Below, one piece after another: positions 36,171 through 48,330 of a stretch of 64,000 nt of DNA; the first letter of the stretch is position 1; every line of letters starts with the position of its first letter. The translations under genes and the position numbers were made by a program. The notes beneath the pieces were generated by a model. The model saw only the letters and a program-made list of their open reading frames with translations, did no database searches and was not told the origin of the DNA. The stretch is from positions 930,001-994,000 of the forward strand of contig SMSO01000007.1 in the NCBI GenBank assembly GCA_004764695.1, written 5' to 3'. Source of the stretch: Schizochytrium sp. TIO01 (taxonomy: Eukaryota; Protista; Bigyra: Labyrinthulomycetes).

Positions 36171-36764
36171 CGCCCACCCTAGCCGTGGGGTACCCCCTCG
36201 CTAGCTGTCATCGCCCCCAGGCCTCTGCGGAACTCTGTCACCGTGGCTGTGCGATGGATGGGTGCACTCATGTTGATGTGCACGCAAATTTTTGACGCTC
36301 GTGCAAGCACACCGTGCGCAGAGTCGTGGCGTCATAAAATGTTAGCGTTTTGGCTGTATGGGCTTAGCCATACTCGTGCTGCGATGTTTTGGGGCGCTGC
36401 GAGCGAAGATTTCAATCAAAGAACTTGGCGGAAACATATTCTCGTGGTAGCAAGGAGCGAGGTTTGTGAAAGCGGGAGGCAAATCCGCAATGGCCCAGGG
36501 CCTGCAGCAGGATTGGTTTCATCTGGCGAGGTAGCGAGGGCTGCTTTGCAAGTGGGGACATCGACACGAGGATGGAGGGCTTTCGAAAGGACCGTCGTGG
36601 GCTGGCAATTTTGCGAACAGAAGCATGAGTGGTGCGGTGCATGCATTGCTGTAGGGCCGAAGCGAAGCGAGAAGGCTGGCAACTCCAGCTCCCTATTTGC
36701 TTGATCACGTGCAGGAAACAGAACCTGATTGCTAGGTTCCTACCGATTCCAGGGTTTTGCCCTG

Positions 36765-36822
36765 GCAATATTGCCCGTATGAATGATTGAATTGCAATAT
36801 TGCCCGTATGAATGATTGAATT
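36765..36822. repeat. Exact 29-bp tandem duplication
   Basis: gcaatattgcccgtatgaatgattgaatt at 36765-36793 and 36794-36822. Confidence 0.95.
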
Positions 36823-38669
36823 GTGATGCAACCACGTGCAACCTGATGCGCAATATTTCAAGCGGATGAGTTTGCTATGGCTAAGCATAATCATTGGACG
36901 TTGCTCAAGCCAGGTGCTGTGGGCACAGCAAGCTTTGTTCTCTTCTTTGTATATCTGCATACTACTTGTTACTTCGTTCAATTGACAAACACTACTTCGC
37001 AAGTGATGTATTTTAGTTGGCGAACTAATTTGAAGGCTGTGAGGGACAAGAGATCGACTTGTTCGAGGAACAACGAAAAGCTCACTGGTCAGCATGCAAG
37101 ATTGATTTTGATCAAACAGAACATGCATGCTTCATTTTAATGTGCCACTACATGGGATTGAAAGAGAAGTGCTACAAGAGCATTAGAATAATTCCAGCTC
37201 TTTGCAAAATAGCAAGAAAACATTGGGGGAGGGGGGGGGTATACATCGCCAGACTACTTCCTCTTTTCTCTAGTCCCTGATGCTACGAGCAAGTTTGTTC
37301 GAATTATTCAGATGAAGACGCTACTGTGATTCTGTGTTTATTCAAAGAAACAAACAAATGCTGTTGCAAATCTATGGCGCCATGCATATGTACCATCTCA
37401 GAAGAGAGGAAGGAAGAGATGGTGAACAATACTTTTCAAATATCAAAGGCAAAGGGTTTTGAAGCTTTTGGGGAATTCATTTGATAACCCAATGATACAG
37501 ACAAGCAATTGATGCCCTGGGACAACAACGAACAAGTGGCAACACGGCTGGAGGGCATCTATATATGACACATAGCAAAGACGAGCAATCTTTGCTTGAG
37601 CAACAGCAGCAAGCATGCGGATAGAAAGTCTTGCAAACCATCTTGAGCTTGCTGTTGTGCTCTTGCTGTCAAATTCGAGGTAAATGAGAACCTCCTCCCT
37701 TTACTTTAAGGCTTTGGAACACTGGCATGGGGTCTCTTAACAGCCATTTGGAGTTTCCTGGAGTTCAGACCATTTAGTTGGTCTAATTATACCCATACAA
37801 CGAAGGCAGTGTAAGAAAACCATCATGGATTTCTGGATCCTTTAGTATCTTGTAGCTTTGGGGGCTTACTTCGTCTTCTTCTTCTTCTTCTTCTTCTGTA
37901 ATCAATAGATGCATGGATGCATGGCTCTAGAAGCATGGATAGAGTAGTAAATGGTTCACATATGCATGTCTTGGAATGTTTATGTTGCAGCAAGATCAGT
38001 CAATAAATTTGCTTGTTGTAGTTCGGAAGTCCTGGGCTCAACCTCACATCTGACCAGACTGAAATATAGGAAGAGTGCTCCCTGTCCCTCCTTACATTTT
38101 GCTTCCTATATAATCAATCCCCCCGTCAGAACATTTGCTGATTTATAATTGAGAAGGAATGGATGCAAGACTTGAACAGAATGACATGTGCTCAAGAAAG
38201 AAAAAGTTCGTTCTTTTTTCGGGGGTGAACATGTTTTCTCGCGCAGCAGCATGGATTATCTTGCGAAAATTTAATTCTACAGATGAAGAAAGGCGAATGG
38301 GACAAGAACAAGAAAGAAAAGATAGAGTATTCAATATGCGAACGGATGTAAAAATCTGTGCTTTGAGTTATAAAGGAGGTTGTGGTTAAGATAGACAAAG
38401 GACTCTTATCGCGATCGAGGTCTCGGTTCAACGTTGCAGAGTTTGCTGGCGCTGGGTAAGACCTTTGGCACGTAAATAAGAGTAAGTTGAGGGAGGGATG
38501 TGGAATTACAATTTCTACAGGGTGGATGCTGGTTTGAGTATATAACATGATGACAAAGGGATCCAATCCTTGTGCCATGACACTGGACGTAGCTTCGTGT
38601 TGGGCTGGTGAAAGGGCTGTGCGACTCGCGGCGCCCTGAGCTCCGGTTTGGTGTAAATATATAGAAAGC

Positions 38670-40175
38670 TTAGACCATGGCAGAGGGATCGGAGCTGGTG
38701 CTGTCGCCCTCGCTCGCAACCTCGTTTCCGTGAGCCTGCTTGTGGGAGTCGGCAGGGCGGGAGAAGTTGACGAGGAAGGAAGGAGGGGGGATGGGGTGCT
38801 TGTTGGCGCACTCAATAGCCATGCAGACCGAAGAGGCAAGGAAAGAACATGAACCCCAGAAGGTGGAAAGGTTGGTACCGAAGTGCTGGCAGCAGACTTC
38901 GTTGCCATCGCGTCCCATGTAAAACCATCCGAAGAAGGCGTTCAACATGAAACCACATGCACCAATGAAGTAGAAGAAGTTCACCCACCAGCCGATCGAA
39001 GCAATGTTGGGCACGTACCAAGCGTACTGGCACTCGAGGGTGAGGGTGGTACCGACAAACATAAAGCAAATGGAACCAAGAGCGAGACCACCCCACATGA
39101 AGATGTCGTAGAGGACCATGTTGTCGTAGGGAACGAGAGTCTCAGCGCCACCAGTGCCAGCGCGGGGAAGACCAAGGATGAGAGTGCCAAGGTAAATAGT
39201 GGTACCGATGAACTGCACACTGGCAGCACGCTTTCCGCAGTCGGAGAAGTCAAGGGCGATCCACTTCCACGGGCGCTGGGGGCGGTTGTCAATGTCGTCT
39301 TCGTCATCGCTAATAAACTCAATTCTGCGTTGAATGGTATCTTGTGCGGCGGGGCTCTGGTCGTCCTTGTTGTTCTTGCGGTACTTACGTCTCATGCGAC
39401 GGACACGGTATCCGAGCTCGAGTTCGCGGCGGGGGTTAATAGCCTCGAGGAGGGCAAAGTAGCCACCGAACTGGAAGAGAAGAGCACCAAGAAAGGCAGA
39501 GATCTCACCAAAGAAGTATCCATCAGAGAAGGATCCGGGCCAGAAGAGGTTGGCACCACCGACAACGAAAAGAACAGATCCCCACGCAAAGGTGTGGGCG
39601 ACCCACCAGGAGACATTGCCGGGCTCGTAGCTGAGAAGGTACACGACAGTGCGTCCAATCTTGACGTTCTTGTCGTGGCTCTCGATGGCGGGGTAGCGAC
39701 CCTTGCGCTGCTGGCGGGCATGCCAGACAATCTCACCGTCGAAGTCACCAGGGTAGAAGACGACCTCGTGGGATCCAATCTGCTGCATGGAGGTGATTTT
39801 GTGGGCGTGTGTGAGGTCATCGATGTCAAGGTCACCGAGTGCGTGGGGGCGGTTCGGGCCATTGGCATCCTGGATGGACTGCCTAGGCGCGGAGTAGGCG
39901 CTGTTGGCACGGCGGGAGTCCTGTGCGTGGGCGGTAGGCTGGACGTTGCCTTCCTCGACGTCAGACTCCTCATCAGAGGACTCGTCTCCGTTGGACTTGG
40001 ACCGGGTCACTGCACGGACCTGCGACTTCTTGCTTGTCTGGCGCGGGACCTTGCGGCGGGACTCCTTGCCCTTGGGCTTGGACTCCTGCTGCTGCTGCTG
40101 CTCAGGCTGGGCCTGCTGCTGCTCGGCCTGGGCATCGGCCTCGCTGCTGGAGTTGGGAGCGACGTTCTTGAGCAT
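38670..40175 (-). CDS. YrhK-like integral membrane protein, copy B (501 aa)
   Basis: Same core as 13851-15104 (WHARQQRKGRYP, SWWVAHTFAWGS, GRDGNEVCCQH, STFWGS, CANKHPIPPPSFLV), with a longer Gln/acidic N-terminus and a different C-terminal tail. Confidence 0.92.
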   Translation of the reverse strand: MLKNVAPNSSSEADAQAEQQQAQPEQQQQQESKPKGKESRRKVPRQTSKKSQVRAVTRSKSNGDESSDEESDVEEGNVQPTAHAQDSRRANSAYSAPRQSIQDANGPNRPHALGDLDIDDLTHAHKITSMQQIGSHEVVFYPGDFDGEIVWHARQQRKGRYPAIESHDKNVKIGRTVVYLLSYEPGNVSWWVAHTFAWGSVLFVVGGANLFWPGSFSDGYFFGEISAFLGALLFQFGGYFALLEAINPRRELELGYRVRRMRRKYRKNNKDDQSPAAQDTIQRRIEFISDDEDDIDNRPQRPWKWIALDFSDCGKRAASVQFIGTTIYLGTLILGLPRAGTGGAETLVPYDNMVLYDIFMWGGLALGSICFMFVGTTLTLECQYAWYVPNIASIGWWVNFFYFIGACGFMLNAFFGWFYMGRDGNEVCCQHFGTNLSTFWGSCSFLASSVCMAIECANKHPIPPPSFLVNFSRPADSHKQAHGNEVASEGDSTSSDPSAMV

Positions 40176-40603
40176 TTTTCACAAAAGGTTCTTTTGCGAT
40201 TAAGGTTTTGCTTTCCTGTGGCGCCGTCGAAGTTTATCACACTCGATGAACTATTAGCTTGCTGTTCTTCCTCTCTTCTTCTTCCTTGAGAGAACGAAGA
40301 AATCAAGGCGATGAATGCAAGCGAGCAAGGAACTACTGGGTACTGTAGCTGTCTGGAGGAAGAAGCGCTCGACTCGCCTCAATTACCAACTTACTTCCGC
40401 TGACTGCGAGTGGAAGATTGTTAGCTGCGGCTAGCTGTTAGTGAGTGCTTTTCTCGCTGCTGCTGCTTTCTTTGGCTCTCGAAGGTTTTGGTTTTGCTCG
40501 AGTTTCGGGTTTGCTTGCTCGGCGTCGCCGCCGCCGGAGCGTCTTTATCGCAGCCCTCGAGTTTCTATGGACTTGCTCATCCAATCCCTCATATTGCTTG
40601 TTT

Positions 40604-40611
40604 ACTTATTT

Positions 40612-40660
<49 letters not shown>

Positions 40661-40661
40661 T
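40604..40661. repeat. (TTTA)n microsatellite
   Basis: Near-perfect TTTA run. Confidence 0.95.
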
Positions 40662-41928
40662 TCATTAAGTAGTCCTGTGTTAAAGACATCTGTGTTTTTA
40701 CCTTTTTTTTTTTATGTACGTGTACTTAACAATAAACATCCCAAGAGCGATGATGATGTTTTCATAAAGTACTTTTATTCTCATAATTCTTTCTTTCTTC
40801 TTGGTGAGTCCTGCTCTTCTTCCTCTCACTTTGGAGGCTCTCCCGTCTCCCTCTCATTCCCACTGCTGCTTCCTTTACTAATTTGTTTGTATTTTTTTTA
40901 AAACAAATCGACAGGAAAGAAAAACCTCCTCGCCGAGAGGAGATAATCTGCCGCACCTTTGGAGCTTGGTTTAGTTTAGGTTAATCGATTTGTTTAGTTT
41001 CGACCTTGTCTTCCTCAGGGAGTCTGCGTTGAAATGCAAAGATTTATCAAAGAGGTCCTTTGACTTCTTGTGATCCATCGTCCCGTAACGATCGTTTGGT
41101 GCGATTTATCGATGAATCAATTTTCATTTATTGATTTTTAACTATGATAGACTTTTTCATGAAGAAAGAAATAAAACAAAAAGGCGGTCCTGCCTTTTGT
41201 TTCGTCGCTTTTCCGCTCTGTTTCCCCTGCTTTTCCCCTCACAAGCCATCATAATGAAAATAGTTAATCAAAGGTCTTTCTTTCTTTCGTCTGACACTTA
41301 GTTCATGGAAAACTTTTGAATTGATTCAAAGCATTATTTTTTTTTTTTCAATTTAAAACGTAATTTAAAAAAAAAATCAAACTTAAGACTAAAACATTCG
41401 TTTGTTCGTCAACTCGAGCTTTTCCTTCTTGAAAAGTCCAACACCAGACACGGACTCCTCCCCAAGGCTTAGCCGACCCACTCCGTTACGCTTTCGGCGG
41501 AAGAAGCCGCTTCTCTTCCACCTTCCTATCACCAAATCCCTCCACTCAACAACAGCCAACCTCGAAATCTCCAGAACAAGATAATCAATGTCTTTAATTC
41601 TTTTTATTTTATTTTAAAAGGGGATTTCCTTTGCTCTCTGTTTTTACCATAAAATTCACAGATGCATATTTTATTTACATAACACATACAGGAGGGGACT
41701 ACAGCGCTGCGTCTCCTCCAAGCGGCGGGAGGAGGCTCCGGCGGGAAGAGCGGCGACCGCCCTTCTTTTTTCTTCTCTTTTTCTTTTTGTTTAAATCAAT
41801 CTTGAAGCAAACTTGAGACTTGAGGCCAGAAGCAATCGAGCCCTCCTGGGCAACGATTCTCTCGCCTCAAGCCGGCCGAAGAGAGCGAAACCGGCGAAGG
41901 GGGGAGCTCCTTTTCTTGGCTTTGTTTT

Positions 41929-41963
41929 GCTTGGCTTGGCTTGGCTTGACTTGGCTTGGCTTG
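41929..41963. repeat. (GCTTG)n pentamer microsatellite
   Basis: gcttggcttggcttggcttgacttggcttggcttg. Confidence 0.9.
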
Positions 41964-43333
41964 CACCTTGAAACCAGCAGCTTCACGAGATCTACGAACT
42001 GCATCATAAATCGAGAGACTGAGAGATTGAGTGATGGCGAATGAGCAAACTTCCCACGGCCCGCCTCTTTTTCCCACGGTGTCACTTTCAACGAAAAACA
42101 CTTTGGGGGTAGCGTTTCGGCTAGCCGCACGCTAGCGTTTTCTATTTGGATCTCCGCCGTGAAAGCTAATGCTCCTTCACTTTCTATGAGTGAGACGTTT
42201 CTTATTGCTAAACAGTCTTCTATTTTATTTTATTTTATTTTATTTTACTCTTAACATAACCAAGGAATGAAAGAGAGGGAGAGAGAGAGAGAGTCACGAT
42301 AAATCTGGAGCCACGAGCACTTTCCTGTTTAGGTGTTTCTGCGTCCACTCTCACTCTTTGGGTGCTGCTCTGTCTGAGGAGCGACACTTCACTCATTCAT
42401 TCTCTTAGGCACCGACTCACTGATATTGGAGTCCGAGCAATCTCTTCGCTCCCTTCACGTTTTCCATGCAAGGCATTCTCTTCTCTTCTCTTTTCCTTTC
42501 CTTTAAAGTTCCTTATAATCAAGTTTCTTTAAAGTTTAAAGTTATTATAAACCATTCTGGGAGGAGGTAGTACCGCCGCGTGCCGAGCCGGCTTCGAGCC
42601 CCCATAGTGGTAGCCTTTAGCCTATCTGGGCGCTAGTTGGCCTCTTGAGTTGTTTCAAGGGAACAGCAAATCGTGGTAGCCATAGCGAATAGACTATGCG
42701 GGAGGCTAGGCAGTCATCCTTGAACAACCACCGTTGATTAGCAAGCGAGCTCCTTTTCATTTATGGTTCTATCCTCTCATCCTCAGGCTCTCTCTCCCTC
42801 TAAGAAGAAGAAGAAAGCTTTGGCACGAAGCTTCACAGGTTTTTTATTTTTTAAAAATAAATCAGGACGCAGACCGGGTGTCTCGAGGACGCGAGAGGGA
42901 TTTCTTTCAACGATCCGCAGTCATTCATTCACTTTCAACCTCTGTTCTTCTGCTGCATATCCTCTTTCCTTGAGCTCATTCCAACAACAACAACAACAAT
43001 ATCTTCAACTCTCTCCAGTCGGCCGCAGAGGAGCTTAGCGGTTTTCTTCTCTATCGATGATTAACCGACGACCGATTCTTCGATAGGCCAAGAAAAAGAA
43101 AAAAGAAAAAGAAAAAGTGAAGAAATCGAAATCACAGAAAGAGAGAGAAATATGGAATATGGAGCGAGAATACAGAATGGACACCGCCGCTCGTGGCACG
43201 AGGCGAGGCGGGTGAGGGACGGCGGGTCCTCTTCGAGCTGCTCGCCCGAGTCGGGGAGACCACGCGGACACAGAGGCTTTATCTGTCGGCGGCGCCCGCC
43301 TCCGTATCCACTCCAGTTTACATCAATCTTGAA

Positions 43334-43508
43334 CCAATCCCTGCTTATCTCCAATTAAGTTCATCCTCCCTAGCACCTCTATATAACTTTCTAGCGCCGG
43401 CGCCGCGTGCGCCTGACGGGGTCGCCTGCGACCCTAGCTTTGAGCGCGCCACCGGACCCGTGTATTTTATCACGATTTAGACCTGCATAATGCGCGGGGG
43501 CCGGTGGC
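43334..43508 (+). other. CCAAT/TATA elements followed by GC-rich hairpins (candidate promoter plus structured RNA)
   Basis: CCAAT at 43334 and 43351; TATATAA at 43380-43386; stem gggtcgc/gcgaccc at 43419-43434; about 18-bp imperfect hairpin at 43448-43508. Confidence 0.3.
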
Positions 43509-45452
43509 ATAGGCGCGGAGCTGGGCCTGAGGTGATGCGAGGAATGGCGTAGCAAGACACAGACACAGACACAGAGATGCTTATGATGCAGCTCGCGGCG
43601 TGAGAAGTCGCGCGAAAGGGCTCAGGAGAAGGATCGAGAAGGGCTCGTGGGCTGAGGCTGGGCTGGCCTGAGCTTGCCTGGCCACGCCTCGTGCGGCTGC
43701 CGTGGTGACCCCGAAGTGGCTATATTCATTTATTTGTTTATCTGTTGATTGCCTTCCTTCCACTTCTTTTCTCTTTGTCTTTGCAAAATCAATCATTCGA
43801 TCGATCGATCGATCGATCGGAGAATTCATTTGTTAGTTAGTTGATTTCCTTTAATTTAGTTTTTATTTTAATTAAAACTATTATTGTTGCTTTTAATGAT
43901 AAAATTTTTTATTGCTTTTTGAATAGAAAGCAGCGGAACATATTCTCTTTCTTGTAAATTGGCTGTACCCACTCTTATGGTTCGACTATGTGATGGCTAG
44001 GGCTCCAAATTAAAAATGTTTTCCTGTCCTCTTAAGCGGGGGGAAAGAAGAGAAGAAAGAAAGAAATAAAGAAAGAGAGGTTTGCTTTCCTCTGTTATTG
44101 CCGTTGTTGTTATCGCTGTTTGGAGTTATCACCGCTTTTACAGAAATCAATCGAAAACTAAATGAAGGAATTGAGAAGTGAGAGAAGAAGAAGGAGGAGG
44201 AGAAAGAAATGATGTTGACCAAAAAGGTTGGCTTGCTTGATTCTGCATTTACAGAAGATAGTTAAATCAATTGGATTGTGTGACTCTTGTGAGGGCAGAA
44301 TGGATGGAGCGAGACATGAATGAATGAAATTGAAGACGATTAAGCAGCCGCTGGAAAGCTGGTTTCGCGAGATGTCTGGTGGATGCCAAAAAAATGCTCT
44401 TCGGAGAGCTGGACACAAGCACAGCCGCCTCCCGCGAGGTTCAAGCTGCGTGTGGACACGTGGTTTGCGAGAGGATCGCGGGCTTCTTGAAATCAAATCA
44501 ATCTTCTGGTCTGAGAACAATACCATCCATGTCTGTGTAATTAGGAAAGGCACTTTTTTCAATAATTGAATTGCTTAAGGGGCGTGAAAATAAACATACA
44601 TCGTGTCCGCTAGATTTACATGAATGTTCATTTTGTTGACGAGTGATTTCTTTGACGAATTCGTTCGTTGAAGAACTTCTCAGACACATTGATGTCGCTG
44701 ATTAGTAGGTTCTTTTATTCCAACGCACAGTGATGAATCAAACTTGGCTCATTCACGTGAGGGCCATGACGACGAAGTGAATCCTATTATTATATTAATC
44801 TTTTTTATCGACGTTCAAGACAAAACTGGCCTGAAATGCATCAATAAATGGGCTAGCTAGAGTATAACTTAAGATCGTGTAATTTGTCGAATAGATAATT
44901 CATTCGTTTATCTTTGACAAACTGGGCTCCATAGACATGATTGTTTCAAATAAATTACGGACGAGCATTCAGGTTATCTTTTTAATAAGTGTTATTACTA
45001 AAGCACAAGCTAAAGTGATCTGTGCTTTCACTAATACCCTTGACTTGCTCCATTTCTCTTCTTCAAAACTGCACATGACGATGAAGTAAATAAAATAGAT
45101 ACTTCACATCACCAGCAAACAAGTTTATGGCCAAATTTTTTCAGCTGTACAATCATATCCTCGATGTCATAGATACTACTGGTATGTCTCTCTTATTCCC
45201 TTATACATATGTCGAAGAAACTGGTCATCACAACCATTTGATTTCGACCACCGACTGACCGATCCTGATGACCCGTGCATAATTCCATCCTACTTCATTC
45301 CCAGCGGTCTCAATCGCTGTCCAGATTTAATATCGTCATGATTCAAATAAGCGCCTATCCAAATCATTAATACAGAACGTCTGCAAAAAAGAAGCACTTC
45401 TTCCGCAGCGGTCGGTCTCTCTCTTAGATAATAGATACTTATGTTTCAAAAC

Positions 45453-45523
45453 ATTCAATTCAATTCAATTCAATTCAATTCAATTGGACTTGATCTAACC
45501 TGATCTGATCTGATCTGATCTGA
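45453..45523. repeat. Adjacent (ATTCA)n and (CTGAT)n pentamer microsatellites
   Basis: attca run at 45453-45485; ctgat run at 45500-45523. Confidence 0.92.
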
Positions 45524-46033
45524 GTGAGACATACTATGTTTTGTTTTATTCACTGAGCGATGATGCTCATTCCTCGATCTCTGACTTCTCTTATAATCAT
45601 TTTTAATTTATAGGAAATTAATTTGCTCCTCATGCTCGTGCTGTAGACGATCTCCTCCAGGATCGTGGCTCTTCTCTTGCGCTGCCACAGGTCTACTGTT
45701 TCCGCTATGTGCTGCTAGCTTCAGCTCACTGGAGAATGTGGGAGGAGGCCGCATCGGGAGAGTCTGAACTCCTACTTTTCTCTTTGTACTACTTTACAAT
45801 TCTTTTTATTTTAAAACAATCATCAAATATAAACAAGTATTTTGTTTCTTCTCTACTTTAAATAAAGTGACAGTTTAAAGAATAAAGGAGATGGAACAAA
45901 TGACGACTAACAAAAAGCAAAGTCACTGGAAAGAGAGGGTAAAAGAATGTTCAAATGAAAACTTGTTACTTATGATCCCGAAATGGTTCAGAAAGAATGG
46001 AGAAGTAAACAATCGATCGAAATGTCATTCAAC

Positions 46034-46340
46034 CAACTGACTGACTGACTGACTGGCTGACTAAATTCATTCACTCACTCACTCACTCACGCATTCATGC
46101 ATGCGCCCTCCTCCTCCTCAATCGCTCTTCGCTTCGAAACCACCCCAAAGCAATCAATCACCGTTGATTCCACAGCCTTTGAACTGTCTGGATTCACTTC
46201 AATCTTCGTTTGCCCTCAATTCTCTCAATCCTCTTTCTTTCAAGCAAATTCAGCTCCATATATAAATAAACAAAACAAATAAATAAGTAAACAAATAAAT
46301 AAGTAAATAAATAAATAAACAAATAAACAAATAAATAAAT
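46034..46340. repeat. Compound microsatellites (CTGA)n/(CTCA)n and (AAAT/AAAC)n
   Basis: Runs at about 46034-46097 and 46263-46340. Confidence 0.85.
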
Positions 46341-48330
46341 ACATCGCTCTTATCATCGTTATGTGCCGTGAGTTATAATGGACAGACGGACCTTCTTATT
46401 CGCAGAAGAAGAGCTGAGCTGTCGATTACGCGCCTGTGAAGAACGAAGACCAAAGCCGAAGAAGCAGGAGGAGGGCGAAGCAGCTCTCTTCCCTTCCACC
46501 GCGTGCCGAGGCTGCCTGGATGGAATCAAGCGGCTTGGAGCGAGCAGAATCATCCCCCGAGGCGGCTTCTTCTTCTTCTTGCTTGCTTGCTTGCTTTCTT
46601 GACATCGATTATCAGTCATTCTTTTGGAGAATTAGATAACCTCTTTCACATCCCCTTATTCGTATTATTTTCATTAATGCTGTTGTTGTTGGTGCTTTTA
46701 TGCCTTTGCATTTATGCCTTTGCTTCGAGTGAGACCTAAAACAATACGAATGTGATCCTAAAATGCTCTTCTTCTGTCTAATAAATAAGCAGAGCGGTTG
46801 TTGACTTGAGCGGTCATTCTTTTTTGGAGTCTCTCGCGAAGGACGCCGTTGTGGACTTGGGAATGCATTGGCTCAAGAGAGGTTTATGACGGTGATGCCG
46901 TAGCGAGGGTTAACTGCACTTTTGCAGATTGTTTATTTGGTTAGAGACTCGTGCTTCGATGGTTTGAGAGTGAAGTAGAAGAAGATGGCGATCGCTCGAT
47001 GAATTGGCGAAGCCTTAGGAGGAAGCCTAACCAGGCGTTAGGAACTGAATGGAGGATAGAGTTTTATCTGTCGTTTGTACAGTTGTTTCTATAATTGATT
47101 AATTGATTGATTTAGTGGAATGGGTAATCTCTGTCCCAAAGCAGTGGCTAAAAGCGTCATCAATATAACGATCGAATCCACATTTATTGTGAGGCAGGAA
47201 CGATGTATTCATCGCCAGTTCATCCCTTCGTCCACGAGGAGCGCTCTTGTTTCTGCTACGAGTCTTTGTCTCGTTCCCACTCAACGAAGGACTTTCGCTT
47301 TTGCTTGCTTCTTCAAATTAAAACAAACAAACAAAAATATGCTTTACGAAACACTTTAAACTGAAAAGTACCTTTAATCATTGCTATTCAATCGAAGTAA
47401 AAGGATTCAGTGGACTCCTCTTCTTCCAAATGGGTTCCTTCATGTGACAATTAAGCGGAGACAAGAAGGAGAAAGGAACCGCGGAACCACCTTAATTCAC
47501 ATTCCCTCACCAAAGTGGGTGGAAGCGCAGGTCCTCCATATTGAGCGCGGAGAGAACCACCTTAAGCACTGCCGGAGAGACCATCGCACGAGTCAGCTGC
47601 AGTTGGAGTCCGAGCGGAAAATATGCGCGAGCAGACTGTCGATCCGCTCCAAAGCCGACCAGGAAAGCTGTGGAAAGATGCGGAAAGGACGTCTCGTGGA
47701 GGAGGCTTGGGTGTCATGAGGTGCCGAGAGATCGAGAGGCCAGAGGCCAGGCCCTTTCTCCACTTTGGGCGGTGTCCTGGACTCGGCTCACGAGGTACGT
47801 GCCGCTACGGCTTTCCGGTAGCAGGGCGTAGCTAAGCGGGAAAGCTACGGCAGTCAGCGCTGGTCTATAGCCTACTGTGCTCCACGTGCAGATACTATGG
47901 CGTATCCTATAACCTATAGTGTGGTACAATGGGGTAAAAGCTATAACCTACTGTGGCGGGGACGTTGAAGCGCAGGACTTATGAAAGTTTTTGTTATTTT
48001 GTGTTGCGGTACGTAACTTTTATTTTATTTTACTTTCCTTTAAAAACTAGTTTAAAGTAAAAACTTTCTTTTTGGATTGAATATTTTACATATAGATATA
48101 GATATGTGTATAATAGTATTACAAAAGGTGGAAAAGATGTAATTTTAGGGCAAACTTGGAGAGGAGAGAAAGCTTCTGTTTTTATTCCCTCTGAAAGTGG
48201 AAAAGATGTCGGTATGATCTTTCTTTCCACTTGAAATAGTTTCGGAATAAAAGGAACGATTTGTTCCTCCCCCTTTCCCTCTCTCTCTCTCTCTTTCTCA
48301 CTCTGATAAATGCAAAGCAATAACAACAAA

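Noticed and set aside
36412-38908. 238-aa minus-strand ORFs at 36412..37128 and 38192..38908
   Set aside because: No protein-like features; the second overlaps copy B out of frame and runs into its 3' flank
38883-40289. 468-aa plus-strand ORF antisense to copy B, similar to the one above
   Set aside because: Same codon-bias artefact; the similarity only mirrors the paralogy of the real genes
43394-43560. Resemblance to the 5' Alu domain of SRP (7SL) RNA
   Set aside because: No convincing helix 6/helix 8 motifs or poly-T terminator; kept only as an unidentified structured element
47865-47956. CRISPR-like repeat-spacer appearance
   Set aside because: Only three short imperfect repeats, uneven spacing, eukaryotic context and no cas genes
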